Part shown: in pieces, positions 26,853-36,731 of the stretch
How positions within the stretch are numbered: the first letter of the stretch is position 1
Layout: every line of letters starts with the position of its first letter
Assembly: GCF_036380075.1 (NCBI RefSeq)
Contig: NZ_DASVFL010000067.1
Location: 27,676-91,675, forward strand
Origin: Lentzea sp.
GTDB taxonomy: Bacteria > Actinomycetota > Actinomycetes > Mycobacteriales > Pseudonocardiaceae
DNA length: 64,000 nt
Reading direction: 5' to 3'
Made by a program: the position numbers and the translations under genes
Notes under the pieces: model-generated
Seen by the model: only the letters and a program-made list of their open reading frames with translations
The model's database searches: none
What the model was told of the DNA's origin: nothing

Positions 26853-28052
26853 TCATGCCAGTTCGGCCACCGCCCTGACCAGGTCGTCCATCTCGACGGC
26901 GTTCGTGTAGTGCGCGAGCCCGATCCGGATGGCGCCGCCGATCTCGCCGACGCCCAGCACCGAGAACACGCCGTGCTGGCCGGGGTCGGCGAACGCGCAG
27001 ACGCCCCGGGACGCGAGGTGCTCGACGCCGTCCTCCGCCTTGACCCCGGCGACCGAGAACGCCAGCGCCGGAACCCGTCGCATGGCGTCGCCGATCACCA
27101 TCACGTGCCGCAGCGAACGCAGCTCGTTGATGAGGTTGGCGAGCAGTCCCGCCTGGTAGGCCTTCACGGAGCCGAGCGACGTGAGCAGCCGCTCGCGCCG
27201 CGTGCCGGACGCCGCGTCGTCCAGGTCCGCCAGGTACTCCACTGACGCAACGAGCCCGGCGAGCATCGGGTACGCGTGCGGGCCGAGCTCCAGGCGTTCC
27301 GGGCCGCGGGCGGCCGGGTCGACCGAGACCGACGGCAGCCGCTCCAGCATCGACGGGTCGCGGAACACCAGCGCGCCGACCGGCGGGCCGCCCCACTGAC
27401 CGGCGGACAGCGCCACCACGTCGGCGCCCATGCCAACGATGTCGAGCGGCACGAACGGCGCGGCCGAGGACGCGTCGACGACCACCAGCGACCCGTGCGC
27501 GCGGGCCACCGCGGAGATCTTGCCGAGGTCCGGCCGCGTGCCGACGACACCGGACGCGGCGGTGATGGCGATGAGCTTGGTGCGGTCCGTGACGAGCTCG
27601 TCGTACTGCCAGCTCGGCAGCTCGCACGTCTCGATGTCGATCTCCGCCCACTTCACCGCGCTGCCGGTGCGCTGGGTGGCGCGCAGCCACGGCGCGATGT
27701 TCGCCGCGTGGTCCAGCCGCGACACGAGCACCTCGTCGCCCATGAACCAGTCGTCCGTCATGGCGTCGGCGAGGCGTTGCAGCAGCACGGCGGACGACGG
27801 GCCGAGCACGACGCCCGCGGGATCGGCGCCGACGAGGTCCGCCACGGCTCTGCGGGCGGCGTCGACGATGCCCTGCGCGCGCTGGGAGGCGGGGAAGATG
27901 CCACCGGGGCCGGAGACGGGGGCGCGCAGCGCGGTGGAGACGGCGGTGGCGACCTGTTCGGGCACCTGCATGCCGGCGGGCGCGTCGAGGTGGACCCAGC
28001 CGTCGCCGAGCGCGGGGAAGAGCCCTCGTACCCGTGCGACGTCGAACGCCAT
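26853..28052 (-). CDS. Cysteine desulfurase-like protein (Rv3778c type, class V aminotransferase fold)
   Basis: FDVARVRGLFP, DAPAGMQVP, SRLDHAANIAPW, RIGLAHY; the usual PLP-binding Lys position reads LSAGQWGGP. Confidence 0.92.
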   Translation of the reverse strand: MAFDVARVRGLFPALGDGWVHLDAPAGMQVPEQVATAVSTALRAPVSGPGGIFPASQRAQGIVDAARRAVADLVGADPAGVVLGPSSAVLLQRLADAMTDDWFMGDEVLVSRLDHAANIAPWLRATQRTGSAVKWAEIDIETCELPSWQYDELVTDRTKLIAITAASGVVGTRPDLGKISAVARAHGSLVVVDASSAAPFVPLDIVGMGADVVALSAGQWGGPPVGALVFRDPSMLERLPSVSVDPAARGPERLELGPHAYPMLAGLVASVEYLADLDDAASGTRRERLLTSLGSVKAYQAGLLANLINELRSLRHVMVIGDAMRRVPALAFSVAGVKAEDGVEHLASRGVCAFADPGQHGVFSVLGVGEIGGAIRIGLAHYTNAVEMDDLVRAVAELA

Positions 28053-28106
28053 GACTCACACCGTACGTAACTAGGCAAACACGGTGTCGAGCAGCCCCAC
28101 CCGGCG

Positions 28107-28269
28107 ACCGGGTGCCGGGCAGGTCCGTTCGATGAGAGCCACGGGCGAGAGGTTCGGAGGGGGTGCCGCCGGAGCAGCCTCATACCGGGCGTATTCGGCT
28201 GCTCCGGCGGTACCCCCTCCGGGCCCCTCGGCCGCGGCTGTCGCGGACGAGGCCTGCCCGGCACCCGGT
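28107..28269. repeat. Nested inverted-repeat element (17-bp perfect terminal IR plus internal 25-bp stem)
   Basis: ACCGGGTGCCGGGCAGG (28107-28123) pairs with CCTGCCCGGCACCCGGT (28253-28269); 28155-28179 pairs with 28197-28221 with one G-T position. Confidence 0.8.
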
Positions 28270-28306
28270 TAACCGTGAAGTGACCCAGGACGCGAGGATG
28301 GAGACC

Positions 28307-28780
28307 ATGACAAAGGAGCAGCCCGTCGTAATCGTCGGCGGCCAGGACGGCGACATCACCGACATGGTCGAGCAGCCGGCGAAGGTCATGCGGATCGGCA
28401 CGATGATCAAGCAGCTGCTGGAGGAGGTGCGGACGGCGCCGCTGGACGAGGCGAGCCGCAACCGCCTCAAGGAGATCCACAAGCGGTCGATCGAGGAGCT
28501 CGAGGACGGTCTCGCGCCGGAGCTGCGCGACGAGCTGGAGCGCCTCTCGCTGCCGTTCACCGACGACTCCACCCCGTCCGACGCCGAGCTGCGGATCGCC
28601 CAGGCCCAGCTCGTCGGCTGGCTGGAGGGCCTCTTCCACGGCATCCAGACCGCCCTGTTCGCCCAGCAGATGGCCGCGCGGTCGCAGCTGGAGCACATGC
28701 GCGGGCGGGCCCTCCCGGCCGGCAGCGGCGACGGATCGGAGCTCGGTCCCACCGGCAAGGGAACTGGGCAGTACCTCTAG
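28307..28780 (+). CDS. bpa: Bacterial proteasome activator Bpa/PafE
   Basis: QPAKVMRIGTMIKQLLEEVR..LDEASR, ELRIAQAQLVGWLEGLFHGIQ, C-terminal GQYL (HbYX); alternative start at 28298. Confidence 0.96.
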   Translation: MTKEQPVVIVGGQDGDITDMVEQPAKVMRIGTMIKQLLEEVRTAPLDEASRNRLKEIHKRSIEELEDGLAPELRDELERLSLPFTDDSTPSDAELRIAQAQLVGWLEGLFHGIQTALFAQQMAARSQLEHMRGRALPAGSGDGSELGPTGKGTGQYL

Positions 28781-28846
28781 TACCTCTAACCCGTTCGTGG
28801 GCCCTAGCATGCGGCCCACTACCCGGTGTGGTGTGAGGAGTCGAAC

Positions 28847-29698
28847 GTGCTCGACAAGGTTCGCCGGAGCCTGCAACCCGGCTATTTCCGCAAGGCCCTC
28901 CGCGAGAAGCTGATGCGGGCGATCGACGAGGTCGTCCAGCCCTACCACGAGGTCCAGCAGGGGCGCATCGACGATCTCCAGCACCAGCTCAACGAGGCGA
29001 TCCGCTACCAGGGCGACCGGCTGGCGGAGCTGACCGCGAACTACGAGCACCGCGAGCGCAGGGACCTGCTGTTCGCCGCCGAGCGCGACGCCGCGGCGGA
29101 CAGCGCGAGGTTCGCGCTGGAGAACATGCGGACCGCGCCGAACTTCCCCGACCCGCACGCCACGCTGCACCACGCGCTGAGCCTGCTCGAGACCGACGGC
29201 ATGGTGCTCGAGTTCGGCGTCTACACCGGCACGACGTTGAAGATCATCGCCAACGCCGCCGACGGGCGCGAGGTCTACGGCTTCGACTCGTTCACCGGCC
29301 TGCCGGAGGACTGGCGCACCGGCTTCGAGGCCGGCGCGTTCGGCCTGGAGCAGCTGCCCGACGTGCCGGGCGCCGAGCTGATCGCCGGCTGGTTCGACGA
29401 CACGCTGCCGGGCTTCGCGGCCGAGCACCCGGGGCCCGTCGCGTTCCTGCACGTCGACTGCGACCTGTACTCCTCCACCAAGACGGTGCTGGAGCACGTG
29501 GGCTCGCGGCTGCGGACCGGGTCGGTCGTGCTGTTCGACGAGTACTTCAACTACCAGGGCTGGCGCGACCACGAGCACAAGGCCTGGACGGAGTTCGTGG
29601 ACGCGACCGGGATCGAGTTCGACTACGTCGGGTATTCGTCCGACCACGAGCAGGTGATCGCGAAAATCACACGGGTACCGGGCGAATCCGGACGTTGA
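28847..29698 (+). CDS. SAM-dependent O-methyltransferase (TylF/MycF/Methyltransf_24-like) with N-terminal coiled-coil-like segment
   Basis: GTG after GAGGAG; LEFGVYTG, GFDSFTGLPEDW, GWFDDTLP, LHVDCDLYSST, FDEY. Confidence 0.88.
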   Translation: MLDKVRRSLQPGYFRKALREKLMRAIDEVVQPYHEVQQGRIDDLQHQLNEAIRYQGDRLAELTANYEHRERRDLLFAAERDAAADSARFALENMRTAPNFPDPHATLHHALSLLETDGMVLEFGVYTGTTLKIIANAADGREVYGFDSFTGLPEDWRTGFEAGAFGLEQLPDVPGAELIAGWFDDTLPGFAAEHPGPVAFLHVDCDLYSSTKTVLEHVGSRLRTGSVVLFDEYFNYQGWRDHEHKAWTEFVDATGIEFDYVGYSSDHEQVIAKITRVPGESGR

Positions 29699-29757
29699 CC
29701 TCCCCGTGACCGACCGGGGGCGAGGCCTCCGTTAACTCGCCGGTACGCTCAGTCCTC

Positions 29758-30669
29758 GTGCAAGCCACCAGTACGCTCGACCATCCCGAGGCACCCCCTG
29801 CCGCGAACTCCAGGACGTTCGCCCGCGCCTTCGAGGACATCAAGACGGCCTGGCAGCACCGGGAGCTGTGGGGCCATCTGGGCTGGCAGGACATCAAGCA
29901 GCGCTACCGCCGGTCGGTCATCGGGCCGCTGTGGATCACCATCTCGATGGGTACCACAGCGCTCGCTCTCGGCCTGCTGTACTCGCAGCTGTTCAACGAG
30001 GACATCGCGACGTTCCTGCCCTACGTCACCGTCGGCTTCGTCATCTGGGGTTTCATCCTCGGCTGCGTGAACGAGGGCACCGAGGTCTTCATCGCCAACG
30101 AGGGGCTGATCAAGCACCTACCGGCGCCGATCACGGTCCACGTGCTGCGGCTGGTGTGGCGGCAGACGCTGTTCTTCCTGCACAACCTCGTCGTCTACGT
30201 CGCGGTGCTGGCGATCTTCTTCACGACGCTCAGCCACCCGTACGTGATGGGCAACGACCCCGAGCTGAAGCCGGGCGTCAGCTGGGAGATCCTGCTCGCG
30301 ATCCCCGGTTTCGCCCTGCTGGCGATCAACGGCGTGTGGATCTCGCTGCTCTTCGGCATCATCAGCACCAGGTTCCGCGACATCCCGCCGGTCGTGCACA
30401 GCTTCATCAACCTGGTGTTCTTCATGACGCCGATCGTGTGGCACGCCGGTGTCCTCAACAAGGTCAGCGGCGGCAACGGCGGCTGGCGCGTGCTGATCGC
30501 CGAGCTGAACCCGGTGTACCACTACCTCGAGGTGGTCAGGGCGCCGTTGCTCGGCCACGTCATCGACTGGCACCACTGGGCGATCGTCGGCGGTCTCACG
30601 GTCGTCGGCTGGGCGCTCGCGCTCGTCGCGTTGCGCAACTGGCGCGCCCGCGTCTCGTACTGGGTCTAG
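29758..30669 (+). CDS. wzm: Polysaccharide ABC exporter permease (Wzm/RfbD)
   Basis: LGWQDIKQRYRRSVIGPLW, RFRDIPP, FFMTPIVW, NPVYHYLEVVRAPLLG. Confidence 0.93.
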   Translation: MQATSTLDHPEAPPAANSRTFARAFEDIKTAWQHRELWGHLGWQDIKQRYRRSVIGPLWITISMGTTALALGLLYSQLFNEDIATFLPYVTVGFVIWGFILGCVNEGTEVFIANEGLIKHLPAPITVHVLRLVWRQTLFFLHNLVVYVAVLAIFFTTLSHPYVMGNDPELKPGVSWEILLAIPGFALLAINGVWISLLFGIISTRFRDIPPVVHSFINLVFFMTPIVWHAGVLNKVSGGNGGWRVLIAELNPVYHYLEVVRAPLLGHVIDWHHWAIVGGLTVVGWALALVALRNWRARVSYWV

Positions 30670-30685
30670 AGGAGGTCGGCACACC

Positions 30686-31504
30686 ATGGTCAGCATCAAC
30701 GTCTGGAACGCGTCCGTCGACTTCCCGATCTTCGACGCGAAGTCGAGGTCGCTGAAGAAGCTCGCGCTCGGCAAGGTCGGCGGCAAGATCGGCTCCGAGG
30801 GCCGCGTCCCGATCATCGAGGCGCTGCACGACATCACGCTGTCGCTCAAGCACGGCGACCGCGTCGGTCTGGTCGGCCACAACGGCGCCGGCAAGTCGAC
30901 GCTGCTGCGCCTGCTCGCGGGCATCTACGAGCCGACCCGCGGCAGCCAGCGGATCGTCGGCAAGGTCGCGCCGGTCTTCGACCTCGGCGTCGGCATGGAC
31001 CCGGAGATCTCCGGGTACGAGAACATCATGATCCGCGGCCTCTTCCTCGGGATGACCCGCAAGGAGATGGAGAAGCGAGTCGACGACATCGCGGAGTTCA
31101 CCGAGCTCGGCGACTACCTCTCGATGCCGCTGCGCACGTACTCCACCGGTATGCGCGTGCGGCTCGCGCTCGGCGTGGTCACCTCCATCGACCCGGAGAT
31201 CCTGCTGCTCGACGAGGGCATCGGCGCGGTCGACGCGGCGTTCATGGCGAAGGCCCGCGACCGCCTCAAGGACCTCGTCAAGCGGTCCGGCCTGCTCGTG
31301 TTCGCGAACCACTCCGACGAGACGCTGCTGGACTTCTGCGACAGCGCGATCTGGATGGACGAGGGCCGCGTGAAGATGCACGGCGGGCTGCGCGAGGTGC
31401 TCACCGGGTACAAGGGCCACGACCCGTTCGAGCGCATGAGTCCCGAGGAGATCGCGAGGCTCGGCTACTCCTCTCCCGTCCTCAGCGGAAATGGCGGCGA
31501 ATAG
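30686..31504 (+). CDS. wzt: Polysaccharide ABC exporter ATPase (Wzt/RfbE), no C-terminal CBM
   Basis: GHNGAGKST, YSTGMRVRL, LLDEGIGAVD; 272 aa. Confidence 0.95.
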   Translation: MVSINVWNASVDFPIFDAKSRSLKKLALGKVGGKIGSEGRVPIIEALHDITLSLKHGDRVGLVGHNGAGKSTLLRLLAGIYEPTRGSQRIVGKVAPVFDLGVGMDPEISGYENIMIRGLFLGMTRKEMEKRVDDIAEFTELGDYLSMPLRTYSTGMRVRLALGVVTSIDPEILLLDEGIGAVDAAFMAKARDRLKDLVKRSGLLVFANHSDETLLDFCDSAIWMDEGRVKMHGGLREVLTGYKGHDPFERMSPEEIARLGYSSPVLSGNGGE

Positions 31505-31507
31505 ACC

Positions 31508-32410
31508 GTGAACCTCCAGGCACTGCCCAAGGGCTCCGTCGTCGCGGTGGTGGTGACCCGCCACCGCAGGGAGCTGCTCGCCGAGTCGCTCAAGGCGCTG
31601 GCCACCCAGACACGGGTCCCCGACCACCTGGTCGTCGTCGACAACGGTCCCGACCAGCCGGTCGACGACCTCGTGGAGCAGTGCCCGCTTCCCACGACCT
31701 ACCTGCCGTCGCACCGCAACCTCGGTGGCGCCGGCGGCTTCGCGCTCGGCATCCTGCACGCGCTCTCGCTGGGCGCGGACTGGGTGTGGCTCGCGGACGA
31801 CGACGGCCGCCCGGCCGACGAGAACGTGCTGTCGGTGCTGATGGAGGAGGCCGAGCGGCGCAAGCTGGCCGAGATCTCCCCTGTCGTCACGAACATCGAC
31901 TCCCCCGACAAGCTCGCGTTCCCGTTGCGCCGCGGCCTCACGTGGAAGCGTTCCGCGGCGGACCTCGGCACGGACTTCCTGCCGGGGATCGCCTCGCTGT
32001 TCAACGGCGCGCTGTTCCGCGCCTCGACGCTCGACGTGGTGGGCGTGCCGGACTACCGGCTGTTCTTCCGCGGCGACGAGGTGGAGATCCACCGCAGGAT
32101 GGTCCGCTCCGGCCTGCCGTTCGGCACGTCGCTGCGGGTCGCCTACGTGCACCCGGACGGCTCGGACGAGTTCAAGCCGATGCTGGGCGGCAGGTTCCAC
32201 GCGCAGGACCCGGAGAACCAGGTCAAGCGGTACTACACCTACCGCAACCGCGGCTACCTGCTGTCGCAGCCGGGCATGCGCAAGCTGGGCGCCCTCGAGG
32301 TGTTCCGGTTCGGCCTGTACTTCCTCGGCGTCAAGCGGGACCCGAAGGCGTTCCTCGAGTGGATCAAGCTCGTGCGCCAGGGTCAGCGGGAGCGCTTCTT
32401 CCGCAAGTGA
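31508..32410 (+). CDS. glfT1: Galactofuranosyltransferase GlfT1 (GT2)
   Basis: NLGGAGGFALG, WLADDDGRP, LFFRGDEVE, KRYYTYRNRGYL; position after wzm/wzt. Confidence 0.92.
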   Translation: MNLQALPKGSVVAVVVTRHRRELLAESLKALATQTRVPDHLVVVDNGPDQPVDDLVEQCPLPTTYLPSHRNLGGAGGFALGILHALSLGADWVWLADDDGRPADENVLSVLMEEAERRKLAEISPVVTNIDSPDKLAFPLRRGLTWKRSAADLGTDFLPGIASLFNGALFRASTLDVVGVPDYRLFFRGDEVEIHRRMVRSGLPFGTSLRVAYVHPDGSDEFKPMLGGRFHAQDPENQVKRYYTYRNRGYLLSQPGMRKLGALEVFRFGLYFLGVKRDPKAFLEWIKLVRQGQRERFFRK

Positions 32411-32503
32411 GCCGGGTCAAGGGGGCGGGGTCGTCGATCCCGCCCTGTGGCGACTTCGGGTAACCGCTCGCGCACCCGAGGTGATCGGAGTAAGACGGGA
32501 CGC

Positions 32504-33733
32504 GTGATCTCCCGACGCAGACTCCTGTCCCTGGCCGGTGCGAGCGCGCTGCTGGCGGCCTGCGGTTCCAACACCGGCCGAGGTGGCGACGGCCAGGCCC
32601 TCAAGCAGTGGTACCACGCGTACGGCGAGCCGGGCGTGCAGGAAGCCGTGCAGCGCTACGCCGAGTCCTACGCGAAGACGCCGGTCACCGTGCAGTGGAA
32701 CCCCGGCGACTACGACTCGAAGCTCGCGACGAGCCTGCTGTCCGACGGCGGGCCGGACGTCTTCGAGTCCACCCCGCAGATCAGCTCGGTCCGCGCGGGT
32801 CAGTACGTGCCGCTCGACGACGTCCTCGGCGACGCGAAGAGCGACTTCACCGAGTCCATCCTCGCCACGCACACCGTGGACGGCAAGGTCTACGGCATCC
32901 CGCAGGCCGTGGACATGCAGATGTTGTTCTACCGCAAGAGCTTCTTCGTCCAGGCCGGCGTGCAGCCCCCGACCACCGTGGACGAGCTGATCGACGCGTC
33001 CAGGCGGCTCACCAGGGACGGCGTCAAGGGACTCTTCGCCGGCAACGACGGTGGCGGCGGGGTGCTGGGCGGGCCCGCGCTGTGGTCGGCCGGTCTCGAC
33101 TACGTGCGCGACCACCAGGTCGGGTTCGACGACCCCGGTGCGGCGCAGGCGATCGGCAAGCTGCGCGAGCTCTACGCGAGCGGCAGCCTGCTGCTGGGGG
33201 CGGTGAAGGACTGGGCGGAGCCGGACGCGTTCACGCAGGGGCTCGTCGCCATGCAGTGGACCGGGTTGTGGACGGTGCCGGCCGTGCAGAAGGCGCTCGG
33301 CGACGACTTCGGCGTGCTGCCGTTCCCGAAGCTCACCGGCAGCGGCGCGCCCAGCGTGCCGGTCGGCGCGTTCGGCGCGATGGTCAACGCCAGGTCGAAG
33401 CGGGTCGACGAGGCCAAGGAGTTCGTGCGCTGGCTGTGGGTCGAGAAGACCGACTACCAGGAGGACTTCAACCTGGGCTACGGCTTCCACATCCCGCCGC
33501 GCAGGAGCATCTCGGAGAAGGCCTCGAAGCTCACGACGGGTGCCGCCGCGGACGCGGTGAAGTTCGTGCGGGACAACGCGAAGGCGTCCAACCCGCCGGA
33601 CTGGACCTCGGTGATGCGGACCGCGTTCAACGACGCCGTGTCGCGGGTGGTGCGCGACGGCGCGTCCGCCGACACCGAGCTCAAGGGCGCGGCCGCGAAG
33701 GTGCGGGACGAGCTGAAGCGCCTGTACGGATGA
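32504..33733 (+). CDS. Carbohydrate ABC importer substrate-binding lipoprotein (Tat signal)
   Basis: SRRRLL..LLAAC twin-Arg lipoprotein signal; DGKVYGIPQAVD; MQWTGLW. Confidence 0.9.
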   Translation: MISRRRLLSLAGASALLAACGSNTGRGGDGQALKQWYHAYGEPGVQEAVQRYAESYAKTPVTVQWNPGDYDSKLATSLLSDGGPDVFESTPQISSVRAGQYVPLDDVLGDAKSDFTESILATHTVDGKVYGIPQAVDMQMLFYRKSFFVQAGVQPPTTVDELIDASRRLTRDGVKGLFAGNDGGGGVLGGPALWSAGLDYVRDHQVGFDDPGAAQAIGKLRELYASGSLLLGAVKDWAEPDAFTQGLVAMQWTGLWTVPAVQKALGDDFGVLPFPKLTGSGAPSVPVGAFGAMVNARSKRVDEAKEFVRWLWVEKTDYQEDFNLGYGFHIPPRRSISEKASKLTTGAAADAVKFVRDNAKASNPPDWTSVMRTAFNDAVSRVVRDGASADTELKGAAAKVRDELKRLYG

Positions 33734-34608
33734 GACACACTCGGGCGTTCTGGCTGTTCGTCGGCCCGTTCGCGGTGGGGCTGCTCGTGTTCGTGTACGT
33801 GCCCATCGGGTGGAGCCTGCTGCTGTCGTTCTTCGAGGCGCGCAACACGGTGACGCCCAGCGAGTTCGTCGGTCTGCGCAACTACGCGGACATGCTGACG
33901 GACCGGCCGTTCCTCGCGAGCCTGGGCACGTTCAGCGTGTTCGCGGCGTTCATCGTGCCGCTGACGTTCGTGCTGGCGCTCGCGCTGGCGTTGCTGGTGA
34001 ACCAGATCAGCTTCATGCAGTCGTTCTTCCGGTCGGTGTTCTTCCTGCCGACGGCGTGCTCGTACGTCGTGGCGTCGCTGGTCTGGAAGCTCTCGATCTT
34101 CAACGGCGTGCGCTTCGGCCTGGCGAACACGGTCCTGGGGTGGTTCGGCGCCGAGCCGGTGGCGTGGACGGTGTCGACGTCGCCGCCCTGGTACTGGCTG
34201 GTGCTCGTGACGCTGCGGCTGTGGTTGCAGCTGGGGTTCTACATGATCCTGTTCATCGCGGGGCTGCAACGGATCCCGCGGCACCTCTACGAAGCCGCGT
34301 GGATCGACGGTGCCGGGCGCGGCTGGCAGACGTTGCGGTACATCACGATGCCGCAGCTGCGCACGACGTCGGTGGCCGTGCTGCTGTTGCTGCTCATCGC
34401 GGCGTACCAGGCGTTCGACGAGTTCTACAACGTGCTGGGCACCGACCGCGGCTACCCGCCGTTCGCGCGGCCGCCGTTGATCTACCTCTACTACACCGCA
34501 CTGGGTTCGGGCGGCCAGGACTTCGGGCACGGCAGCGCGGGCGCGGTGGTCCTGACGCTGCTGATCGCCGGTGTCACGTTGCTCCAGGGGCGGGTGATCA
34601 CGCGATGA
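33730..34608 (+). CDS. Carbohydrate ABC importer permease
   Basis: FVGLRNY, LYEAAWIDGAGRGWQTLRYITMPQL (EAA loop). Confidence 0.93.
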   Translation: MRHTRAFWLFVGPFAVGLLVFVYVPIGWSLLLSFFEARNTVTPSEFVGLRNYADMLTDRPFLASLGTFSVFAAFIVPLTFVLALALALLVNQISFMQSFFRSVFFLPTACSYVVASLVWKLSIFNGVRFGLANTVLGWFGAEPVAWTVSTSPPWYWLVLVTLRLWLQLGFYMILFIAGLQRIPRHLYEAAWIDGAGRGWQTLRYITMPQLRTTSVAVLLLLLIAAYQAFDEFYNVLGTDRGYPPFARPPLIYLYYTALGSGGQDFGHGSAGAVVLTLLIAGVTLLQGRVITR

Positions 34609-35417
34609 GGGCCCTCCGGTACCTGGCGCTGTCGATCGCGGCGGTGCTGTTCCTCGTGCCGTTCTACCTGGTGCTGCGCAACGGTCTGTCGACCGAGCAG
34701 GAGATCACGTCACCGACGTGGACGTTCTGGCCGAGCGAGATCCGCTGGGAGAACTTCGCGGAGCTCTTCGGCAACCCGGCCGTGCCGCTGGTGCGCAGCA
34801 TGCTCAACTCGCTGGTCGTCGCGGTGCTGCAGACCTCCGGGCAGCTGCTGCTGTGCGGACTGGCGGGGTACGGGCTCGCGCGGATCCCCTACCGGTACGC
34901 GAACATCGTGCTGTACCTCGTGGTCGCGACGCTGATGATCCCGGCGGCCGTGACGTTCGTGCCGACGTTCGTGGTCGTGTCGACGCTGGGCTGGGTGTCG
35001 GACCTGCGCGGGCTGGTGATCCCCGGGCTCTTCAGCGGGTTCACGACCTTCCTGTTCCGCCAGTACTTCCTGACCTTCCCGCGGGAGCTGGAGGAGGCGG
35101 CGCGGATCGACGGGCTCGGGCACTGGGGCACGTACTGGCGGATCGTGGTGCCGAACTCGAAGGGGTTCTTCGCCGCGCTGGGCGTCATCGCGTTCGTGAC
35201 GAGCTGGAACCAGTTCCTGTGGCCGTTGGTGATCGCGCAGGACCAGGACTCGTGGACCGTGCAGGTGGCGCTGTCGACGTTCCTGACCTCGCAGTCGATC
35301 GACGTGGTGCAGCTGTTCCTGGCAGCGGCGGTGTCGATCCTGCCGCTCGTCGTGGTCTTCCTGGCCTTGCAGCGGTTGCTGGTGCGCGGGGTGACCGAGA
35401 CGGGGATCAAGGGCTGA
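34605..35417 (+). CDS. Carbohydrate ABC importer permease
   Basis: FPRELEEAARIDG, SWNQFLWPL. Confidence 0.93.
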   Translation: MRALRYLALSIAAVLFLVPFYLVLRNGLSTEQEITSPTWTFWPSEIRWENFAELFGNPAVPLVRSMLNSLVVAVLQTSGQLLLCGLAGYGLARIPYRYANIVLYLVVATLMIPAAVTFVPTFVVVSTLGWVSDLRGLVIPGLFSGFTTFLFRQYFLTFPRELEEAARIDGLGHWGTYWRIVVPNSKGFFAALGVIAFVTSWNQFLWPLVIAQDQDSWTVQVALSTFLTSQSIDVVQLFLAAAVSILPLVVVFLALQRLLVRGVTETGIKG

Positions 35418-35424
35418 GAGAAAC

Positions 35425-35462
35425 GGGAAAGGCCCGGCCGGGAAACCGGCCGGGCCTTTCCC
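35425..35462. terminator. Bidirectional terminator between the ABC importer and glf
   Basis: GGGAAAGGCCCGGCCGG-GAAA-CCGGCCGGGCCTTTCCC, 17-bp stem. Confidence 0.85.
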
Positions 35463-35475
35463 GCGCGAAATGCGA

Positions 35476-36672
<1,197 letters not shown>

Positions 36673-36675
36673 TTA

Positions 36676-36713
36676 CAAGGGCCCCCCGGCGCGAATCCGC
36701 CGAGGGGCCCTTG
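36676..36713 (-). terminator. Hairpin between the GT2 gene and glf
   Basis: CAAGGGCCCC..CGGCG-CGAATC-CGCCG..GGGGCCCTTG; overlaps the glf promoter region (TAATCT 6 nt before GTG). Confidence 0.55.
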
Positions 36714-36731
36714 CGAGCAAACGATCTCAGG

